Shown here piece after piece: positions 8,363 through 17,268 of a stretch of DNA of 36,036 nt. The notes beneath the pieces were generated by a model. It was given only the letters and a program-made list of their open reading frames with translations. It was not told the DNA's origin and did not search any database. A program made the translations under genes and the position numbers. Origin of the DNA: a virus; the IMG/VR virus record IMGVR_UViG_3300016484_000187, positions 1 to 36,036 of that record. One strand, given 5' to 3'. Position 1 is the stretch's first letter. Every line of letters begins with the position of its first letter.

Positions 8363-9044
8363 TACTTGCGTGGTATCTTATGCAAAGCGCGGTCGGGAGA
8401 ATTACCCTGCTGCCTTGCCTCGATTAGCGGAAAGCATCGAGCGTAACACGTCATACGATTACTTTCTATGGGATGCAACAGATTCAGAACCACCGCATCC
8501 GTTAGCATTCAAGCATTTAACACACGATCAGCGTCCGTACTTCTTCAAGTTGACCATGATACAGCTAATGCGTGAGCAAGGCTACAAAAAGATCATTTGG
8601 TTGGATAGCGTAATGACGTTAGAAAAAGAATTAACGCCTGACTTGTTTACTCATGGCATTATGGCGTTTCATAATTTAGGGCATCCGTTAAAGAATTACA
8701 TTAGCGACCAATGCGTGAGTTATTTTGGATGCGAAAAAGATTTGCCTAATATGGAACAAACATGGGGAGGTGCATTTGCGCTTAACTTCAATACACCTAC
8801 TGCATTATGGGTATTTGATGACTTACTAAAGGCTGCTGACGCTGGGTGTTTTAACAACGGCATATCGACACGCGAAGGGTTTATTGCACATCGTCACGAT
8901 CAATCCGTTTTATCCGTGTTGTTACATTGGTACGAATACAAACTTTTGCCATACGGGACAATAGTAACGCATCCGCATTACTTACAACCATTCGAGTATG
9001 GAACTGACTTTTATATCGCACACCGTCAAATACCAAAGGCATGA
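8331..9044 (+). CDS. Putative nucleotide-diphospho-sugar transferase (GT8/GT-A-like). Start uncertain.
   Basis: 'RPYFFKLTMIQLMREQGYKKIIWLDSVM' and 'HRHDQSVLSVLL' resemble GT-A transferases. There is a 32-nt overlap with the upstream gene if ATG 8331 is used. Confidence 0.35.
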   Translation: MLISRTTRNTDTCVVSYAKRGRENYPAALPRLAESIERNTSYDYFLWDATDSEPPHPLAFKHLTHDQRPYFFKLTMIQLMREQGYKKIIWLDSVMTLEKELTPDLFTHGIMAFHNLGHPLKNYISDQCVSYFGCEKDLPNMEQTWGGAFALNFNTPTALWVFDDLLKAADAGCFNNGISTREGFIAHRHDQSVLSVLLHWYEYKLLPYGTIVTHPHYLQPFEYGTDFYIAHRQIPKA

Positions 9045-9298
9045 CCTACGACCTAACCGAACATACCAAGCAGATAAAAGCGTGTACGACGGAAGTGGTT
9101 CAGGTGGGATGCGCTGACATTGAATTGCACACTACTTTGGTTAACATTTGCAGACGGCACAAAAAGGTGTTGATAACGTACTACATGAATGAAACGGAGA
9201 AACAAACGTCCGACTATCACGGAACGTACCACATACAACGCAAATGGATTAGCGACATTGACCTAAGTAAATACAATTACGTAATAATTAACAAATGA
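9041..9298 (+). CDS. Hypothetical protein
   Basis: 85-aa ORF with ATGA overlaps on both sides. Confidence 0.5.
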   Translation: MTYDLTEHTKQIKACTTEVVQVGCADIELHTTLVNICRRHKKVLITYYMNETEKQTSDYHGTYHIQRKWISDIDLSKYNYVIINK

Positions 9299-9582
9299 TA
9301 CACCAACTATTCATCAACGCATTAATCGGGGTGTTCTGCTATTGGTTCGCGGAATGTACTTTGATACCTCAACGCATCCTGCTAAAATTAAGCGGCAAGA
9401 TCAGCCTAAAACCGTTTACCTGTGGGCTTTGCCTGTCATGGTGGAGCGCGTTAGTCATTAACATTATGCTATTCTGTAATTTTACACAGGTAGAATCTAT
9501 TATTGTTACCGTGCTAATGTCAGGCTTTGCCTCTATGTTTAGCGTGTTAACGATGGAGTTCCACAAGAACCTGCAACGATGA
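9295..9582 (+). CDS. Small integral membrane protein (DUF1360-like Cys motif)
   Basis: Three hydrophobic segments. 'PFTCGLCLSWWSALV'. Confidence 0.5.
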   Translation: MIHQLFINALIGVFCYWFAECTLIPQRILLKLSGKISLKPFTCGLCLSWWSALVINIMLFCNFTQVESIIVTVLMSGFASMFSVLTMEFHKNLQR

Positions 9583-9797
9583 CCGAACAGACATACAACG
9601 CTTTACAACAGCATCGCGAAGCCATTGACCGCTTTATACAAGTCGGTCAGGAGGTTAGCACAGCACCGCGTCAGGCGTTACAGGCTGCATGGTTAGAAAT
9701 ATACGGTGAACTGAAGCCTATGTCATGCTCAAGTTGCATCCGTGAAGCATACGAACGAATACATCAACACATATTAGAATATGAGCGAAACAGGTAG
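9579..9797 (+). CDS. Hypothetical protein
   Basis: 72-aa ORF in the overlapping gene chain. Confidence 0.5.
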   Translation: MTEQTYNALQQHREAIDRFIQVGQEVSTAPRQALQAAWLEIYGELKPMSCSSCIREAYERIHQHILEYERNR

Positions 9798-10245
9798 AGA
9801 CGAAAAAGGAAGATTTGTAGATGGCAACCTGTGGGCGTACGTTAAAAAGAACGTAGGTCGTCCACCGCACTACGAAACACCAGAAGAATTATTAGAGAAG
9901 GCATTAGAGTATTTTGACTTTTGCGACCAAAAGAAGAAGGGCAAGTACAACGAAGCGCATTTGAGAATGTGGCTCGGTTTTACTCGTTCTGTATGGCACG
10001 ATTACTACCGAAACAAACCCGAATTTTCGGACACAATGGACTATATCACGTCTTACTTAGAAGGTGATGTGGAAGACAAGCTAATGTGGGCAGGATCAAC
10101 ACAGGGCGCGATCTTTAAGTTGAAGAACAAATACGGATGGAAGGACGAAGTAACACAACACCAACAAATAACAAATGTCACAGCGGCTTTCGGTTCAGTT
10201 GTACAACCCACACAAGAATCAGGCGGTAATACATCAGGCAATTAA
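9781..10245 (+). CDS. terS: Terminase small subunit
   Basis: 'GRPPHYETPEELLEKALEYFDFC', 'MWLGFTRSVWHDY', 'GAIFKLKNKYGWKD'. It lies directly upstream of the large subunit. Confidence 0.7.
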   Translation: MSETGRDEKGRFVDGNLWAYVKKNVGRPPHYETPEELLEKALEYFDFCDQKKKGKYNEAHLRMWLGFTRSVWHDYYRNKPEFSDTMDYITSYLEGDVEDKLMWAGSTQGAIFKLKNKYGWKDEVTQHQQITNVTAAFGSVVQPTQESGGNTSGN

Positions 10246-11377
10246 CGAAAACCTGAATAAGTATTTTGTCCTGAACATTGGTCGTCAATTCGGTAAAACG
10301 ATGTTGGCGATGAATCAGTTGTACTATTGGATGTTCAACCATTTAGGCTGCAAATGTGCGTGGGTGTCACCTGTTTACAAGCAGTCAAAGAAAGTATTTG
10401 AGGAAATGGTGTTGGCGTTTGAAGGTACTGGACTAATTGAAAAGAACGCTACGGAGTTAACTATAAAGGTGGGCAAATCTTCACTTCAATTTTTCAGCGC
10501 GGAAAGGTACGACAACATTCGAGGCTTTACGTTTGACTACCTTGTATGCGATGAGTTCGCATTTATGGACGAAGCAGCATGGACGGAGGTACTACGGGCA
10601 ACGGTGTTGGTGAAGGGCAAAAAGGTGCTGTTAATCAGTACGCCAAAGGGTAAGAATCACTTTTACAACCTGTTTAACTTAGACGGTGTCAACGAACAAT
10701 ACAAGTCGTTCCAAATGAGTTCTTATGACAACCCACTAATTAACCCATCCGAAATTGACGACGCGCGGTTGACATTACCTGATCATGTATTCAGGCAGGA
10801 GTATTTAGCGGAGTTTATTGACGGTGGTGCAGGGATATTTAGTCCAAAGTACAAAGAAGCATCGGGCGGTGTTAAGTTTTACGGAGGTGTCGATTTAGGA
10901 CGTGCGGATGACTATTCTGTATTGTCTATCTTTAACGAGAAAGGTGAGCAGGTATATCTAAACCGATGGAGACACGATACATGGTCAAACATAACACGGC
11001 AAATATCCGAGCAGATAAACAGGTTTAACGCTACGGTCAACGTCGAGGTTAACAGTATCGGTGATGCGTTGATAGATCAGATAAAATCACAATGCAAGAA
11101 TCCATACAACGTGCAGCCGTTTGTAACATCAGCTAAGAGCAAGAACGACATTATAGAATCTTTGGCGGTAGCAACACAAACCGATGCGGTAACGTTTTTA
11201 CCTATCGACTGGCTACAAAAGGAATTCGACGTGTTTAGTTTTGAATACAACGCCAAAAGCAGAACAATAAAATACGGTGCGCCTTACGGTTTCCATGATG
11301 ACGGAATAATGGCAACGGCAATGGCACACGCAGCACTAAAAGAAGGTAAAGGAGCTAACTTCGCAATACGTTTTTAA
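10175..11377 (+). CDS. terL: Terminase large subunit
   Basis: Walker A-like 'NIGRQFGKT', Walker B 'YLVCDEFAFMDE', 'LLISTPKG'. Nuclease half: 'GGVDLGRADDYSVLSI' and 'GFHDDGIMA'. Confidence 0.8.
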   Translation: MSQRLSVQLYNPHKNQAVIHQAINENLNKYFVLNIGRQFGKTMLAMNQLYYWMFNHLGCKCAWVSPVYKQSKKVFEEMVLAFEGTGLIEKNATELTIKVGKSSLQFFSAERYDNIRGFTFDYLVCDEFAFMDEAAWTEVLRATVLVKGKKVLLISTPKGKNHFYNLFNLDGVNEQYKSFQMSSYDNPLINPSEIDDARLTLPDHVFRQEYLAEFIDGGAGIFSPKYKEASGGVKFYGGVDLGRADDYSVLSIFNEKGEQVYLNRWRHDTWSNITRQISEQINRFNATVNVEVNSIGDALIDQIKSQCKNPYNVQPFVTSAKSKNDIIESLAVATQTDAVTFLPIDWLQKEFDVFSFEYNAKSRTIKYGAPYGFHDDGIMATAMAHAALKEGKGANFAIRF

Positions 11378-11378
11378 T

Positions 11379-11972
11379 ATGAAATACAGAAATTTAACAG
11401 CAGGAAACATCGGTGAGTTTATGCGATTGTCGCAGGAGCAAGTATTGGACATTGACCTATTGGATAGGGATATCAAGTTGCTATCTATGTGGTATGGTAA
11501 GCCTACCGACTATTTTGACAGTATGAACTTCGCGGAGATCAACGAACACCGCAAAGAGTTGTATAAACTGCTTACGGAATATCCAAACAGTCGATACGAG
11601 CCTGTATTTAAGGTCAAAGGTTACAAGTTTGTATGCCTACCTAATATCAACACGATAAAGGTTAAGCATGAGCGGTCATTGCAGATATTGAACCTGAACG
11701 ATAGCAACCTTTACGACCTACTTCCGTACATCGTGGCTATTTTTAGCGATCAGAAAAAGCAATGGTTCAAAAAGCAGCTAACATTTGACGAGCGTGTCAA
11801 ATTGTTCAAAGATCACCTACCTGCGGACATCGCCATTGGGATTGCGCTTTTTTTTTGCGCGGCATCAAAAGCCATCGAGCCTCACGTCCTAACTTATTTG
11901 GAAAGCCTAAGCGATCAACTAATGAAGGAAGCGGAAGCGGTAATCAAAGCGTCGGAGACAGATGGGGAATAG
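11379..11972 (+). CDS. Hypothetical protein containing a T9 run near its 3' end
   Basis: 197-aa ORF. T9 at 11848-11856. The -1 frame is open from 11789 to 12139. Confidence 0.6.
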   Translation: MKYRNLTAGNIGEFMRLSQEQVLDIDLLDRDIKLLSMWYGKPTDYFDSMNFAEINEHRKELYKLLTEYPNSRYEPVFKVKGYKFVCLPNINTIKVKHERSLQILNLNDSNLYDLLPYIVAIFSDQKKQWFKKQLTFDERVKLFKDHLPADIAIGIALFFCAASKAIEPHVLTYLESLSDQLMKEAEAVIKASETDGE

Positions 11973-11989
11973 CCTACACGATATACAAT

Positions 11990-12139
11990 ATGACCAACGG
12001 GGATTTGACCAAAGAAGAACAGTACTATGAATTAACCCTGAATGAGTGGTATAATCGACTGGCGTTAATTAAAGACGTTCAGGACGAACACGCTGAACGG
12101 ATGGAGCGGTTAAAACACGAGATGCAAAGTAAACGTTAA
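11990..12139 (+). CDS. Possible small helical protein (49 aa), or the 3' part of a frameshifted or mis-assembled product of 11379
   Basis: Internal ATG of track ORF 11855..12139. 'MTNGDLTKEEQYYELTLNEWYNRLALIKDVQDEHAERMERLKHEMQSKR' looks protein-like, whereas the upstream part of that frame is low-complexity. Confidence 0.35.
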   Translation: MTNGDLTKEEQYYELTLNEWYNRLALIKDVQDEHAERMERLKHEMQSKR

Positions 12140-12144
12140 CCCGT

Positions 12145-12156
12145 TTTGTAATTTTA
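12145..12156 (+). promoter_or_regulatory. Conserved late-gene motif TTTGTAATTTTA, 5 nt upstream of the ATG
   Basis: It recurs exactly at 18994-19005 and 21953-21964, with a 9-nt core at 19625-19633. Spacing to the ATG is always 5 nt. Confidence 0.5.
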
Positions 12157-12161
12157 CGGAC

Positions 12162-12701
12162 ATGGCTTCCAATGAATCCGACGAAATTCAAGATTACATA
12201 CAAGACTGGGCGCAAACTGTTGTTGATGCTATCCGTGCTAATTTAGTACGTAAGGATGCATACTACGACGAAAGCGATTTAGCAGAATCTATTGAACCAA
12301 TAGTTACTTCGACAGCGGACGGCTATCAGTTGACCATTGTAATGAACAACTATTGGGAGTATATCGACAAAGGGCGTCGACCAACACGAGCATCTGGTAA
12401 TGGCAGCGTCCGTAAAAACCTGTTATTGTGGATTAGTAAACGCGGTATCGCACCACAGTTGAAGCAGGTGATGACCGATAAAAAGACGGGCAAATCATTC
12501 ACACGGACATTCAAGAATACGTTACAATGGCGTGATAGCCTATCTTACGCTATATCGTCCAAGATTCACAAGAAAGGATTTGTGGCTAAGGGCAAAGGCT
12601 TTTTCTCCGAAGTATGGAATGAGGATGCGATCAATGAGTTATTACAAACGCTGTTAACAAAGTCAGGCGAAGTCTTTGTGGCAGAAATATTAGAGGAATA
12701 A
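12162..12701 (+). CDS. Virion-associated hypothetical protein
   Basis: 179-aa ORF preceded by the late motif. It is the first gene of the structural block. Confidence 0.55.
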   Translation: MASNESDEIQDYIQDWAQTVVDAIRANLVRKDAYYDESDLAESIEPIVTSTADGYQLTIVMNNYWEYIDKGRRPTRASGNGSVRKNLLLWISKRGIAPQLKQVMTDKKTGKSFTRTFKNTLQWRDSLSYAISSKIHKKGFVAKGKGFFSEVWNEDAINELLQTLLTKSGEVFVAEILEE

Positions 12702-13918
12702 TGGCAATTAATATCACACACGAGCCACAGGAGTGGACACCCGTGTACAACGAGATGCGCTTTGTTGTAGGTTCTACCAACACAGCACAACCTAACTTTC
12801 GCTACGTTGCTGACATTTACGTGTCAGGAGTTGCAGGTTACACACGTCTTACTTGTGATTCTAATGTAATTACAGGTTACGGTACGTTTGACATTAGCAA
12901 CGTCGTACAGGCTCACATCAGCCATGATATCGATCACACGGTATACGGTTTTCAGCGTTGCACAAATAGCTACAAACCGTATGTTGTAAGATTCGGTGAG
13001 CAATACGGAACTAATCCCGTTGTTTATCCTAACCTGCAAGATACAGGAACAAAGTACGCATGGAACGCATCACTTGATCCTGTAGTGTTGGAGACATACA
13101 ACTACCAGAACTACACGCTTGGATTAGGCGGTGTGGTACTTACACAACAGCCTGAAACGCAGAAATTCGTTGCAGATTCCGAGCAAAGATGGTTGTACTT
13201 TATTAACGACGTGTCAGGTAGTGCGTATTATTTAACCTGCACCACTTACGATTCAGCGGGTAACACGTTAGGTACTTATTTGATTGAAAATCCTTACCAA
13301 GCATCTTCAAGTATTACGCAGGATAAATTGTTGCGTGTTGGCATCGGTGTTGAGGATTTGAACAACGCTACCTTAGCAAGTGGTTCGCAGCCTGTGATTG
13401 ATAGCACGGTTAACAGATACGAAGTTGCACTAACAAATTACGCTAATAACAATCCGAGTACATCGTATTACTTTGAGCGCGATTGTACAGCACGTGGTCA
13501 AAATCCTGTTGAGATAGTATTCTTAAATGAGTTAGGCGGTTTCGATATGTACTCTTACAAATACCGTCGAGACATTACGTCAACTGTGGAGCGCGAGTTT
13601 GTAGAGAAAAATAACGGCTACCTGTCAGGCAATAGTTGGAATCAAGACGTAATCAACAGAGGACAGCGACAAGTGTACACGTCAGCAACTGATACGCTAA
13701 ATTGCACGTCCGAGATGATAGGTAGCGAGGTTACAATAAACTGGCTAAAGGAACTATTCGAAAGTCCCGAAGTTTACTGGCACAATGGTGAGTATTTGCG
13801 ACCTGTGATTGTAGTTGATAGCAATTACCACACTATCAGATACAAGGTATGGGATATGCTGTGGGAGTTTAAGACATCGTTCAGATTAGCCAACAAACGC
13901 AAACGCCAACAGGGATGA
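12701..13918 (+). CDS. Putative tail/baseplate structural protein
   Basis: 405 aa, beta-rich with Ser/Thr/Asn-rich composition. Overlaps both neighbours. Confidence 0.45.
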   Translation: MAINITHEPQEWTPVYNEMRFVVGSTNTAQPNFRYVADIYVSGVAGYTRLTCDSNVITGYGTFDISNVVQAHISHDIDHTVYGFQRCTNSYKPYVVRFGEQYGTNPVVYPNLQDTGTKYAWNASLDPVVLETYNYQNYTLGLGGVVLTQQPETQKFVADSEQRWLYFINDVSGSAYYLTCTTYDSAGNTLGTYLIENPYQASSSITQDKLLRVGIGVEDLNNATLASGSQPVIDSTVNRYEVALTNYANNNPSTSYYFERDCTARGQNPVEIVFLNELGGFDMYSYKYRRDITSTVEREFVEKNNGYLSGNSWNQDVINRGQRQVYTSATDTLNCTSEMIGSEVTINWLKELFESPEVYWHNGEYLRPVIVVDSNYHTIRYKVWDMLWEFKTSFRLANKRKRQQG

Positions 13919-16626
13919 GGGACGAACTATTTATAAACGGAACGCTTGTAAACTTATCACAGGCGGTAGGTGCGTCTTTGAACTTCGCTATCGCTGACAT
14001 TCGCGATCCTGACAAGCGTAACGGTGCATTTAGTCGTACCGTAAAGCTATACAAAGATAAAGTGTTGAGCGAAGTACTGGATGCTGTGTTTGAAATCGGA
14101 TATAACACGCAAACAAGTGGCATCATCAACTTTACGCCTGACTTTAACCCGAATTTGAAGGTTCCATTTGTGTTATACACCGATGGCGTTGAGCAGTTGC
14201 GCGGTTATATGCGTTTGCGATCTATTGACCGCGATCAGCAGCAACTTGGTAAGATGTTTTATAATGTTGAGTTGTATGGTACCTTAACAAACATCTTTAC
14301 GGATTTAGGCGATAAGAAGTTGACGGATTTGGACTACAGTTCCGACAATCACACGTATGATCGTACTAACCAACGTGCAACGTGGTCGAATGTTGATAGC
14401 GATGACGGTAACTACGTTTACCCAATGATCAACTACGGCATTACGTCAGAAGCTACATGGGATGTTAAGGACTTTTTCCCTGCGATTAGTTTGCGGTCAT
14501 TGGTTGAGAAGATTGTAACGGGTGTAGGCTACACGTGGGACAGCACATTTTTAGATTCGTCATACTTCAAAAAGTTGTTTGTTCCTTATTGCGGTGACAA
14601 GTTAACGTTGTCATCAAGCGGTGTGGCAAATAGTTTGTTCAAGGCGAGAAGTTCTGTGTTTGTTAGCGGTAACTTAGCAGCGCAGAATTTTCCTTTTGAT
14701 TTGGAGGTGTCAGATCCATCAAGTCAATACAATCCTACAACCTACACGTTTACGGCTGCCGAATCAGGATGGCATGAGTTTATTATTACAGGCGATGTTG
14801 GATTTATCAATATAACAGCATCGACTATTACCAACTGGACAGGAAATGTCTATTGGGTAATTTATAAGAACAACATATCAATCGGATCAACTACAAATAC
14901 TGGTAATATTTATTTTGGTTCAATAGCATCATGGGCTACTTTGACCTACAATGTCACATTTACAACGCCATCATTATTGCTACAAACAGGTGATCAAATT
15001 ACGTTCAGAATGTTTGGAGGCGTTGTTACGTCTAACTTAAATTCATTTAGAACATACGCAGGTAGTGGCGTTCAAGTGTTTAATACACGAAACAATCCCG
15101 TCGTAGTTGAAGGCAGTACGATTGAAATGAACGCTGTATTACCTATTGACATACGACAGGCGGATTTCTTAAAATGGGTGATATCACGATTTAACCTGAT
15201 GGTTGAACCTGACCGCACTAATGAGAAACTGCTATACATTGATCCGCCTGATGACTTTTTTGGCAGCGTAACATCAGAAGATTGGACGGATAAAGTTGAC
15301 GTAAGTAAAGCCGTTACGATTACGCCGATGGGATTACTTGAGGCGATACGATACGTTGTAAAAGACAGCGACGACAACGACTATTGGAATAAATTTTACC
15401 GTGAGCGTTGGAATAAGACGTACGGCGAATACACGTTGGACGTTACTAACGATTTTATCAAATCCATTAAGGTTATTGAAACAGGATTTGCACCATGTCC
15501 GATATTGAGCAATTCGTCACACGATAGAATCATACCGCACATCTATCAGGTGCAAAACAACGGTAACCGTTCACCGATGAAGACAAAACCGCGCATTCTT
15601 TATTGGGGTGGCGCGTTAACGACTAACACGGCATGGACTTACCAAACGGCAGCGGGTAACTTTACGGAAACGACATATCCTTACATGGGACACGTCGACG
15701 ATCCTTACACGCCAACGTTAGATGTGAACATTGGTGTTCCGCGTGAGATATTTTACGTCAATCCGCGTGGTATTACGCAGTATACAGATAACAACGTGTA
15801 CAACAATTACCACTATTCGTACATGAATGAGATCACCAATGCGAATAGTAAGTTGGTAAGCATTCATTTGCTATTAACACCGTTGGATATTTTGAACCTA
15901 TCGTTTAGACGTGTTATTCACATTGACGGGCATAATTACAGGCTGCATAAGATTGTGGATTATTCTACGAATCAGATCAAGTCTACAAAGGTTGAATTAC
16001 TGCGATTAGCTACGGGCATTCCGTTCACACCTGCGACCAATAAGAACCTCGATTTTACATACGGTGGCACATTGGGTGGTTTACCTGCTCCGTCATTTAA
16101 CTGGGGAAGCACAGGATCAACAGCCGTAGTAACTAACGTAATAAACGTTGGACGCGATAACTACATTGCAGAAGATAGCACAGGCACAACGGTATCGGGT
16201 AGTGGTAACCGCGTTGGTAGTGGAACGTCGAACATTACCATTCAGGACAGTAGCGATATTATTGTTTCGCCTTTATTGCAGAATGTCACAGTCATCAATT
16301 CGTCAAACCTTGTGATCGAGGAAAGCGATGTCGTTTACATCAACAACGTAAGACAGCAAGGGACTGGCACAACTACCTTGACGGCTAACACCACGCTAAC
16401 GCAGTCAGGTTATTATTTAGCAAACGGAACATTCACTATCACGTTATCACCATCTGATTACGCATCGGGAACTGTGATCGACATTAAAGACATTACATCA
16501 GGAGCGCATACGGTAACTATATCGGGTGGCGGTGTCAACATTGACGGTTCAGCGACTTACTCGATGACCGTACAATATGAGAGCGTAACAATTTTGTATA
16601 ACGGAACACAATTCTACATTATATGA
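13915..16626 (+). CDS. Large tail-tip/fibre-like structural protein
   Basis: 903 aa, the largest ORF. The C-terminal third is rich in Gly/Ser/Thr/Asn beta-strand-like repeats ('GSGNRVGSGTSNITIQDSS'). Confidence 0.5.
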   Translation: MRDELFINGTLVNLSQAVGASLNFAIADIRDPDKRNGAFSRTVKLYKDKVLSEVLDAVFEIGYNTQTSGIINFTPDFNPNLKVPFVLYTDGVEQLRGYMRLRSIDRDQQQLGKMFYNVELYGTLTNIFTDLGDKKLTDLDYSSDNHTYDRTNQRATWSNVDSDDGNYVYPMINYGITSEATWDVKDFFPAISLRSLVEKIVTGVGYTWDSTFLDSSYFKKLFVPYCGDKLTLSSSGVANSLFKARSSVFVSGNLAAQNFPFDLEVSDPSSQYNPTTYTFTAAESGWHEFIITGDVGFINITASTITNWTGNVYWVIYKNNISIGSTTNTGNIYFGSIASWATLTYNVTFTTPSLLLQTGDQITFRMFGGVVTSNLNSFRTYAGSGVQVFNTRNNPVVVEGSTIEMNAVLPIDIRQADFLKWVISRFNLMVEPDRTNEKLLYIDPPDDFFGSVTSEDWTDKVDVSKAVTITPMGLLEAIRYVVKDSDDNDYWNKFYRERWNKTYGEYTLDVTNDFIKSIKVIETGFAPCPILSNSSHDRIIPHIYQVQNNGNRSPMKTKPRILYWGGALTTNTAWTYQTAAGNFTETTYPYMGHVDDPYTPTLDVNIGVPREIFYVNPRGITQYTDNNVYNNYHYSYMNEITNANSKLVSIHLLLTPLDILNLSFRRVIHIDGHNYRLHKIVDYSTNQIKSTKVELLRLATGIPFTPATNKNLDFTYGGTLGGLPAPSFNWGSTGSTAVVTNVINVGRDNYIAEDSTGTTVSGSGNRVGSGTSNITIQDSSDIIVSPLLQNVTVINSSNLVIEESDVVYINNVRQQGTGTTTLTANTTLTQSGYYLANGTFTITLSPSDYASGTVIDIKDITSGAHTVTISGGGVNIDGSATYSMTVQYESVTILYNGTQFYII

Positions 16627-17267
16627 GTTACAAGCCTAATACGGGTATTGGTAATATGTTCAAATCCGTTTACGATACAAATGACAACGGTATCGTTGAC
16701 GTGGCTGCATCCGCAAACGTTGTGGAGTGGGCAAATGTTAGCAGTAAGCCGTCAACATTTACACCGTCAGCGCATACACACGCAATAGCTGATGTAACCG
16801 ACTTACAAACAGCATTGGATGGTAAAGCACCAACGATAACAACGGCACAGGCATACGCAACGGCTACAACATCAATAAGTGCTGCGACATACGCTGACAT
16901 TACAGGCTGTAGCGTGTCATTGGCAGCAGGAACATGGCTCGTTATTGGTCACGTTGTAGGTGCTGCTGCTAACTTAATCATTCAGGGATTTATAGCGTTG
17001 ACTGATGGCAGTAACAACGTGATTTCTGAATCTGCAATGACACGACCTGCATCTGCAACGGCATCATTGAACTCACCAACATCGACAAGCGTGTTTGGAA
17101 TAGTTACACCATCAACAACTACGACTTACAAGCTACGTGCAGCTCGTGGATTAACAACACATACGTCCACCATCACAATTTACGACGGCACAGGATATAA
17201 CACAACAAACCACGCAACGAACAACAGCGATAAAGGCACACAAATCTTAGCGATTAAAATAGGATAA
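16623..17267 (+). CDS. Tail fibre-like protein
   Basis: 'FTPSAHTHAIADVTDLQTALDGKAP' is a motif common in phage fibre proteins. The C-terminus is Thr/Ala-rich. Confidence 0.5.
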   Translation: MSYKPNTGIGNMFKSVYDTNDNGIVDVAASANVVEWANVSSKPSTFTPSAHTHAIADVTDLQTALDGKAPTITTAQAYATATTSISAATYADITGCSVSLAAGTWLVIGHVVGAAANLIIQGFIALTDGSNNVISESAMTRPASATASLNSPTSTSVFGIVTPSTTTTYKLRAARGLTTHTSTITIYDGTGYNTTNHATNNSDKGTQILAIKIG

Positions 17268-17268
17268 C

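Noticed and set aside
3505-9044. DNA hypermodification, meaning glycosylation of hydroxymethylated bases, as the role of the GT cluster.
   Set aside because: I do not favour it as the primary hypothesis. I see no dNMP hydroxymethylase or thymidylate-synthase-like gene, no dNTPase or kinase, and no phage DNA polymerase. It remains testable by nucleoside LC-MS.
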